Source: Octopus bimaculoides
Lineage: Eukaryota
Direction: 5' to 3'
Length of the DNA: 64,000 nt
Assembly: GCF_001194135.2 (NCBI RefSeq)
Contig: NC_068985.1
Span: forward strand, 49,794,354-49,858,353
Shown: positions 55,515 through 64,000 of the stretch, one piece after another
How the letters are laid out: each line of letters starts with the position of its first letter
Position numbering within the stretch: the first letter of the stretch is position 1
Notes under the pieces: model-generated
Seen by the model: only the letters and a program-made list of their open reading frames with translations
The model's database searches: none
Told to the model about the DNA's origin: nothing
Made by a program: the position numbers and the translations under genes

Positions 55515-58500
55515 GTAATTTTTATGTCTCTCACCATTTTCAGTGAACTCAGCAGTGGAGTAATAAATGACATCAGACATAATCAATTTGATGCAGAAAG
55601 GACAAATTGGCTCCACCCTGATAAGACTTAAAAGTTTGTATTATTTCTGGATGACAGCATTATCAACTACATTACAAAGTGCCAGCCATTCCATCTTCTC
55701 AAACAGGACACTATAAATTCTGTCTGCTGTTTTAACTACTCATTTATGTCTACAAGATAATTCATTAGTTACTTAGTACTGATAAGAGATGGTTACTTAC
55801 AATGTAAATTAACCCAATGAGTCACTAAGATTTTTGTATTAAGTAACTTAAATTCACCAACTTGAGAGACAGAAAAGAGAAACGAACTTGTCTCAGTGGT
55901 TTTGTTTCTCATCTCTGTTCAAAACGGTGCTTTCAATGTTTAATATGCTTTATATGAAAATATTGATTTCAAATTTTGGCCCAAGGCCAGCAATTTCCCT
56001 TTGGAGCCTTAAAGTTGCTCAAGCTACTAAAAACGGTAGGTTGAGTATATCAACACTAGGTACTCAACTGTTCTTTTATCGACCCCTTAAAACTGAAAGA
56101 CAAAGCCAACCTTGGTGGAATTTGAACTCAGATTGTAAAGACAGATGAAATGCCACTAAGCATTTCACCTGGTGTGCTAACGATTCTACTAGCTCACTGC
56201 CTTACTTAGGTGAAAATTATTAGCAATTCCTTCACTGGTAATAGTTTTACTCTGGTTAAGTTTCTAGTATTTTAGTTTTTTTCCACACAAAAGTATGTAA
56301 GCTTAGCAAAATAATCTAATGAAACTCTAAGCAGTGATTTTACAGTTTAGAGTAGTGAACTGTACTATACCACCCTATGCTACTTATTTATAGTGAAAAG
56401 GTTTCAGGAACAGAATGAAACAAAACAACAGAAACAGGAGCACACAGTTTATAGGTGTTTAATGCTGGAAAGAAGAATAAATAAATTCATTATCCTTCTT
56501 CAAGAAAAAGCTCAGACAAGAAGGTATTACAGATTTGGTTATTGTAACTATTGTGTGGAATGAATGGTGAATGAAAAGGGTGGAAAAAGTTTTAAGAGCT
56601 AAGAGAAAGTTTGTCAAGGGAGACGATTGGTAGGGGAGTAGTTCCTTAGCCGGGAAAGTGTATTTAAGAGTTGGAGTGCCACTTTGGAGCCTTTAAGTTG
56701 TCCAAGCTACTTGAAATGGTAACCAAATTTCCCTCAAATTACTCCCTATCATCTATACTATATATAAAACAGATGTGTGTGTAATCGCTTTTCACGTGAA
56801 ATCGACTTCACCAAATGCTTCCATACTTGTGATGCATGAATAATTTGACCTCGGATAAATGTTAGGCTCTTCATTTGATTTTTTTAATTAAAATAAATAA
56901 TATTGCTTTATATTTAAGATTCACTTCTTTAAAAAGGTTCCTCAATGGCAACTTCCGGTATTGACGTAACAACGGCGAAAAGCTTCATTCTCTATTTTGT
57001 GTGTGAGTGTGTGTGTTCATGTGTATGAGAGAGAGAGAGAGAGAGAGTAAATACTACATACACACCGCTCTCTCACTCTGTCTCACACACATACACACGC
57101 ACACACACACCCCTTNNNNNNNNNNNNNNNNNNNNNNNNNNNNNNNNNNNNNNNNNNNNNNNNNNNNNNNNNNNNNNNNNNNNNNNNNNNNNNNNNNNNN
57201 NNNNNNNNNNNNNNNNNNNNNNNNNNNNNNNNNNNNNNNNNNNNNNNNNNNNNNNNNNNNNNNNNNNNNNNNNNNNNNNNNNNNNNNNNNNNNNNNNNNN
57301 NNNNNNNNNNNNNNNNNNNNNNNNNNNNNNNNNNNNNNNNNNNNNNNNNNNNNNNNNNNNNNNNNNNNNNNNNNNNNNNNNNNNNNNNNNNNNNNNNNNN
57401 NNNNNNNNNNNNNNNNNNNNNNNNNNNNNNNNNNNNNNNNNNNNNNNNNNNNNNNNNNNNNNNNNNNNNNNNNNNNNNNNNNNNCATACATAAATGTATA
57501 CAAACATATTTACAAAGACACACGTGTGTATGCGCGCGCGCGTGCGTGCGTGGGGGGTTCCACAATCGCCATTTATTTCAATTACTCTTGTGAGGATATT
57601 CACGTAAATCATTTTTTTCATTTAATCCCCATTTTAATTTTCGTAAAAGTTTCCAAGTACCAATGAGGCTTTTTGGCACATTTTCAATTTTCCCCATTCA
57701 TGAGAGGCGCCCAGCCATCATTCATCGGAGAGTTCATCTACAGAATGTCCTCAAATTTCTATACAGCATATTTTGCCTTTTTTTCTTCAAGTATATAAGC
57801 AACAATTTCATTCCCGAGCAATGCCGGGTGCTTCTGCTAGTCTTATTAGATAATATAGTCTTACATATTCCTAAAAAGAGTAGTCATGACTGGAATGTTT
57901 TTGATTATAGATCTGCTCATACAGGTTTGATCTGGAGTAAATAACACTTTAATTATGGCTATCTTGACTGATTCATTGAAAATTAAAGTGATATTGTTAT
58001 AGTGCACCACATGACATATACTAATACTTCATTTAGCTACAACTCTTACTAATTTGACAATGTTGTGCAACGTTTCTGTGTTGTAACATTAGTGGAAAGA
58101 ACACAAAACTTATTTCTCAGTTTATCTAGATGCAAAAGTTATCAGTACAAATGGAGGAAAATTCATATGCAATCCACGTCGTCACTTATTGAAATACGGG
58201 AGTTATCTTTCTTCATCTGATATTTAATTGCTTTCTTTGAAGGACGATTATTTCTCTCAACTGTCTGTATATTGTTAATCCCAAGATTTCCAATTATATA
58301 TAAGTAGAGAAACCAGGCTGTGGAACTCGCCTGCTAAATTTTCTGATTCTTTTCAATTAACTGAATGATGTCATTTACTATAGCATAGTGGTTTTCTTAA
58401 ACTGAAGTGAGTAGCATTCATTCCTTCTCTGAGATATTACCTACAAATGTAACATGAAAACGTGTGACTGAAAACAATCAATACCAGGCTATGTATTCAG

Positions 58501-61500
58501 CTCATCAAAAGTTTATTCTTGGTTCATCATATTCTCCTTTATTTTGAAGTGTGGTATTGATTTAAGTATAACAATTGAAACATTTACTTTAAGTAGAGAG
58601 GCATGTCTAATCAATGTATGTTGTGAGCAAAAATACTAGTATTCGGAAAAACTCTGCAAAATTCTTGAATTCAATAAAAAAATAAATGTTTTAAAATTGC
58701 TGTTTTCAGTTTCAGCAACAAAGTCTCTTAAAATGTTAACATATATTAACACACATCGTTATACTGTTTACACTGTTTTAATTCATGTTTCTAGGTGCAA
58801 ATTGTGTCTTTGGATGAAGAAACATCTGAATTCACATCAAGAAGCACATTTGACCATCCTTACCCCACAACTAAAATCATGTGGATCCCGGATGCTGTAA
58901 GTTATAGTTTAACATTTCTAGCTGTTCTGTTTTTTTTTTTTGCCTCTTCCACATTTTATTGTTTCTTTGATATACAATGTATCATATTTTATTCCTCATT
59001 TATATTATTCAGGTGACATCATACATTTGCTTCTGTTTTTGATTTCTTTCCTCTAGAAAGGTGTATTTCCTGATTTGCTAGCTACCAGTGGAGACTACTT
59101 GAGAGTATGGAGAGTTGGAGAGAATGATACAAGATTGGAGTGCCTCTTAAACAATGTCAGTAACATTTCTTTATATTTGTTTTCTTGGACAGTGTCCTTC
59201 AATGATATTTAAAACAAAAATTTTATGAATGCTTTTATTAATTTTTTATCTTAACAGTTAAATAGTTGAGCTACAGTTTACAAGCTACTGGAATTAAAAC
59301 TTGTTTTCCAGATATTTCATTGTACCCAATTTGTCACTGTGAATCTTGTAACTTTTGATTCATCTAAAGGATTATATTTTTCTTTTTATGTTATTTGATA
59401 GTGAATTATCTTGATCATAGACATAGTACTTTGTTGCTAGTTATCCCATAGGATTTAAGCATCTATGACTCCATTCCAGTTTATAATCACTTTGCCTGAT
59501 AGAATTGAGAGAGAGAGAAAGAGCACACTCTCACTCAACCTATACCTGCTTGAAAAGTTCTCTTCAAAAGTATTTTATTTTTATTTTTACCTGCTAAAAT
59601 ATTAGGTACCTAACCAAAAGAGCTGTAAATCTATTATTTTACATAATTTGTAACAACATAAAATATTAAAGTAGTTTGAAAAGTGCAGTGCACAAAACTC
59701 AGCTCTTGAGTCACTTATATAGTTTTACAGCTAAATAAAAATAACATGCATTCTGCATTTGCATTTTGAGTTTCTCCTGTTTGTACCACAAAACCTGTAA
59801 AAACTTATGGAGATGTATCTAACTCAATAGAATATTTCTTTTTATTTAGATATTGGACAATGAGTGAAGTTAAACATCAGCAGAAAAAAAAAAAACATTA
59901 TTGAGACAATCATTTAGTATTCAAGACCCCACAAATAGCTTAGAAACTGGTGTATCTAATTAAAAATATCAATATATTTTGTTGGAATCCTTTATTTCAA
60001 ATTATTACTCCACATTGATTATTGTTAACTACAAAACTGATATATTGACAAGATATTTCTGGATTGTAAAACCTCATGAGTAAAATGTATTGCCTTCTTA
60101 GCATGGAATTTTGGTAATTTTCATATGTTGTTTCACATTCTTTTTTTTTAATATTTCAGAACAAAAATTCAGATTTTTGTGCTCCTCTGACATCATTTGA
60201 CTGGAATGAAATTGACCCTAATCTATTAGGAACTTCAAGTATTGATACTACTTGCACAATTTGGGGTTTAGAGGTGAGAAAGACACTTCCATTTTGCTCT
60301 GCATTAATTTCACTAGTGTCTTTATTATTGCGATCTTGAACGAACCACACTAATTAAGCATGACTGTTATAATGACCCTTAGCTTGTTAATTGATGAATT
60401 TAAGTGTGTTGTTTCAGTATTGTTTCTGGTTGTTTATTTCTAATTAATGTTTGAGTATGTGGCACAGACGTGGCTGTGTGGTTAAGAAGCTTGCTTTCCA
60501 ACCATGTGGTCTTAGAATTAGCCCCAATGTTTAGCACCTTGGGTAAGTGTCTTTTGTAGTAGCTTCAGGGCAATCAAAGCCTTGTGAGTGGATTTTAGTA
60601 AACAGAAACTGAAAGGAGCCTATATATGTATATATCATCATCGTTTAACATCTGTTTTCCATGCTGGTATGGGTTGGATGGTTTGACTGAAGATTGGCAA
60701 GCTAGTAGGCTGCACCAGGCTCCAATCTGGGTGCCCCCTGACTGGCTTCTGTACCAGTGGTACATAAAAAGCACCGTCCGAACGTGGTCAACACCAGTGC
60801 TGCGTGACTGGCTCCCATGCCGGTAGCATGTAAAAAGCACCTACTACACTCTCAGAGTGCTTGGCATTAGGAAGGGCATCAACCTGTAGAAACCTTGCCA
60901 GATCAGATTGATATATATCTATTTATATATATGAAGGGCTTCATTTTAGTTTCTGTCTATTGAATTTCTTCACAATGCATTAACCAGCTTGAGGCTGTAG
61001 TGGAATACACTTACCTCAGGCATTACACTATGGGATGGAACCTGAAACTAGTGGTTGAAAGTGAACTTCCTAATCACATAGCTATGTCTACACCTTCTAC
61101 AGCTGTATAAAATTTTCATGGATCAAGTTTCATATGCATAATTAAATTTGTTATACTGAACATAATTAAATTTGTTATGTTGAACAGTTTCTCAAAATTC
61201 AGTTTGTTTCATCATTGATAAGAAGGTTTTATTTTTTTTTTTAGTTTTTCTATTTTTATTATAGATTTTTAGTTTTATTTTATCATTAGAAAAAACATTG
61301 AAGTAAAGTTTCATTATTTTTATCCTTTCTATGTAACACGTTTTAGATAACATTTTTTTTTTTGTTTCGTTTGTTTGCAGACTGGTCAGCTTTTGTGCAG
61401 GGTAAATTTGGTGTCGGGCCATGTGAAGACACAGCTTATAGCTCACGACAAAGAAGTGTATGATATTGCTTTTAGTCGTGCTGGTGGTGGAAGAGATATG

Positions 61501-63598
61501 TTTGCTAGTGTTGGTAAGATCACCAAGTACACTTTAATCCATTTTTGTTGAAATACTGTTTTCTCATTTTTGGTTAAGTACCTACTTTCAACCTGTATTT
61601 GCTGTTGATGTTATAAGGTAGCAGAAGGTAGTTTAGCTGGATGAATTGTTAACATACCAGACCAAATGCTTAGCAGCATTTCACCTGTCTTTATGTTCTG
61701 AGTTCAAATTCAACTGAAATCAATTTTGCCTTTCATCCTTTTGGAGTCAATGAAATAAGTACCAGTTGAGCACTGGGGTTTGATGTCATTGCCTATCCCC
61801 CTCCCCCAAAATTTCAGGCCTTGTGTCTATAGTAGAAAGGATCATGAGATAGCTAGTTGGCAGAATCATTAGCATGACAACAAAATGCCTTGGGGTATTT
61901 ATTCCAGGTTGTCTATCTTCTGAGTTGAAATCCTGCTGAAGTCAACTATGCCTTAAAACCCCACTCCAATTTTCAGGCCCTTTTCTGTTATTAGAAACAT
62001 TATTATTAAGGTAGTGAGTTGGCAGAACTGTTTCAAGTGTTGGGATAAATGCTTTGTTGTATTTGTTCTGGTACTTTATGTTTTGAGGTCAAATCCTGCT
62101 ATGGTCAACCTTAACTTTGCCTTTCAAATTTTGAGGTTTGATAACTACCCCAAAATATCAGGTAATGTGCTTATAGTAGAAAGGATTATTATTATTATTA
62201 TTATTATTGTTGTTGGCAGCGGCTGCGAGCTGAACAAAATGTTTAGCTGCAATTTCTTGTTTGTTTTTACACTCTGAGTTCAAATGCCACAAGGTCAACT
62301 TTGCCATTCATTTTTTTGGGGTCAATGAAAATAAGTACCAATTGAGCACTGGGATCGAATAATTGACTAGCACCCCCCCCCTCCCCCCAAATTTCAGGCC
62401 CATTATAGAAAGGATTATTATTATTATGGTAGTGGTGAACTGGCAGGAATGTTAGAGCATCAGAAATGATGCCTTGCAACATTTGTCACTGCTCTTTGCA
62501 TTCTGAGTTCAAATCTCACCAAAGTTGCCTTTTCTCCCTCCAGAGTTCTTGAAGTAAAGTACCTGTCAAATACTACAATCAGTGGTATTGATTAATCTTA
62601 TTCCATAAAAACTGCTGGTTTTATGCTTAAATCAGAAACCATTATTACTTTAATTACTTATTAAAGCTGCAAGCTAGCAGAAGCATTAGCATGCTGGACA
62701 AAATGTACAGTGACATTTCTTCTGACTCATTTGCCTTTCAATCTTTTGGGGTTGATAAAATAAGTATCAGTTCTATATTTCTGAGATGAGGAATTTATAT
62801 TATGTATACTGTTTATATTAGTCGGACTCCTGTCCTTATCTTGATTGTTGCTTTCACTACCCTTTGGCTGTTGTATTCTCCAGCTGTCTTCAGGTGTCTT
62901 GCATTGAACTTGGTTGTTGTATCAGAATTTTGAATTTTACCCTTTATTTGATCTATGGGGTACACTGTCCTTATTCTGCTCTGTGTTTCGAGCTATTTTT
63001 TGCTTCAGTTGATTTCTTTTGTGAATTATCTTAATGCTTTGCTTGAGATTGAACTCAAAACCTCTAGGTGATTGCACATTTGTTAATCCCAGTCAAGGGG
63101 TTAAGGTAATTCTCAAACAGATCAACTGAACCAAAAATTGTCACAAAACACAGAGAGCTGAATGAAAACAGTATACCCCTGTGGATCAAATAATGAGTTA
63201 GGCTTGAAATTCCGATACAACACCCAATTTCAACACAAGACACCTGAAGAAGGCTGAAGTATACATCAGCCGAAATGTAGTGAAAGTAACAATCAAGATG
63301 AGGTCACCAGTCTGACTAATATAAACAGTAGACATACAATAAGCATCAGTTGAGCATTGAAGTTGATGTAATCAACTAACCCACTTCCCCTAAAATTGCT
63401 GGCCTTGTGCCAAAATTTGTAACCATTATTATTATTACTTTGACAGGGGCTGATGGATCTGTGAGAATGTTTGATTTACGACATCTGGAACATTCCACTA
63501 TTATATACGAAGATCCCCAACATCATCCACTTCTACGGTTAGCATGGAATAAGCAGGATCCTAACTACTTAGCGACAATGGCTATGGATGCAATGGAG
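55362..63598 (+). CDS. DCAF7: DDB1- and CUL4-associated factor 7 (WDR68/HAN11), WD40 protein; spliced CDS span, 6 exons in window, 3' end outside window
   Basis: Near-identity to human DCAF7 as recalled: [80 protein letters not shown]. Confidence 0.97.
56752..57840 (+). mobile_element. Complete non-autonomous Helitron with internal microsatellites (contains an assembly gap)
   Basis: Host A|TCTATACTATATAAAA 5' end; 3' hairpin CCCGAGCAATGCCGGG (57813-57828) then CTAG|T. Confidence 0.82.
58795..58896 (+). CDS. DCAF7: DCAF7 exon 2 (VQIVSLDEE...WIPDA)
   Basis: tttctag|, |gtaagt, 102 nt. Confidence 0.95.
59057..59155 (+). CDS. DCAF7: DCAF7 exon 3 ([10 protein letters not shown]...LLNN)
   Basis: ctctag|AAA, |gtcagt, 99 nt. 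Confidence 0.93.
60160..60273 (+). CDS. DCAF7: DCAF7 exon 4 (NKNSDFCAP...WGLE)
   Basis: tttcag|, |gtgaga, 114 nt. Confidence 0.95.
61381..61513 (+). CDS. DCAF7: DCAF7 exon 5 (TGQLLCRV...FASV)
   Basis: ttgcag|, phase-1 donor |gtaaga, 133 nt. Confidence 0.95.
61620..63436 (+). mobile_element. Head-to-tail array of about six SINE family 2 copies in DCAF7 intron 5
   Basis: Repeated heads (GAG/TAG)(C/T)TGGCAGAA / GTTCAAAT near 61635, 61855, 62015, 62220, 62435, 62670; most are preceded by (ATT)n. Confidence 0.8.
62773..63337. mobile_element. Second fold-back insertion of a related hammerhead-tailed element, nested in a SINE
   Basis: Diverged inverted arms ~62803-63010 and ~63120-63334; TSD AATAAG(T/C)ATCAGTT at 62759-62772 and 63338-63351; GACAC-CTGAAGA-A-GGCTGA..TCAGCC-GAAA at 63239-63275. 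Confidence 0.75.
63447..63598 (+). CDS. DCAF7: DCAF7 exon 6 (ADGSVRMF...MDAME)
   Basis: tgacag|GG, |gtaatg, 152 nt. Confidence 0.95.
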
Positions 63599-64000
63599 GT
63601 AATGTGCATTTGTTAAAAACATAGAATGATTCAAAAATTCATTTAGTATGGGTTTTTTTTATGCACATTAATAGAAAGACTAAAGTAGATGAACAGATCT
63701 CTGAGTGGCTCTGTTGTAAAATTTGATTTTGACATGGTTATGAGGGATCAATTTATTTCTCATTTCCACATCTTTCATACTTGTATGTTTGATTTGTTAT
63801 ATTGTGCAGTTTTTTAAGACATTGAATATTCTATCAACTTTTAATAGTGACATTTTTCTAAAGTATATATATATATGTGTGTGTGTATGTGTGTAAAATG
63901 TCTCAGAAGGTATTCACCACAAAATAGCAAGATAGTATTAAATAAATATATACAAAATAAAAATTTCATATTTAGTTTGATTGCAAAAGAGACCTCTGTA

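Overview
AT-rich animal genomic DNA, dense in microsatellites and SINEs; the repeat content suggests a coleoid cephalopod, probably Octopus (inference). Two conserved genes lie head-to-head. PAXIP1/PTIP is on the minus strand (ATG 44537; 16 coding exons traced down to 1562 with consistent splice phases; continues beyond the left edge). DCAF7/WDR68 is on the plus strand (ATG 55362; 6 coding exons traced to 63598; continues beyond the right edge). PAXIP1 intron 3 is a GT-AG U12-type (minor spliceosome) intron. The non-coding DNA is a mosaic of tRNA-derived SINEs, RTE and R4/Dong-like LINE remnants, mariner and maT/rosa-like transposase remnants, piggyBac-like and Tigger-like MITEs, Helitrons and long hairpins. 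The most unusual signal is seven hammerhead-ribozyme-like motifs with the minimal type I architecture known from Penelope-like retroelements. One (13775-13913) sits at the tip of a ~140-nt rod-like hairpin. Four form the arms of two fold-back insertions with 13-14 bp target-site duplications, and one of those insertions joins tRNA-like Pol III heads to hammerhead tails. All homology calls come from reading translations by eye; no searches or folding programs were run. Repeat boundaries are approximate unless terminal motifs are quoted.
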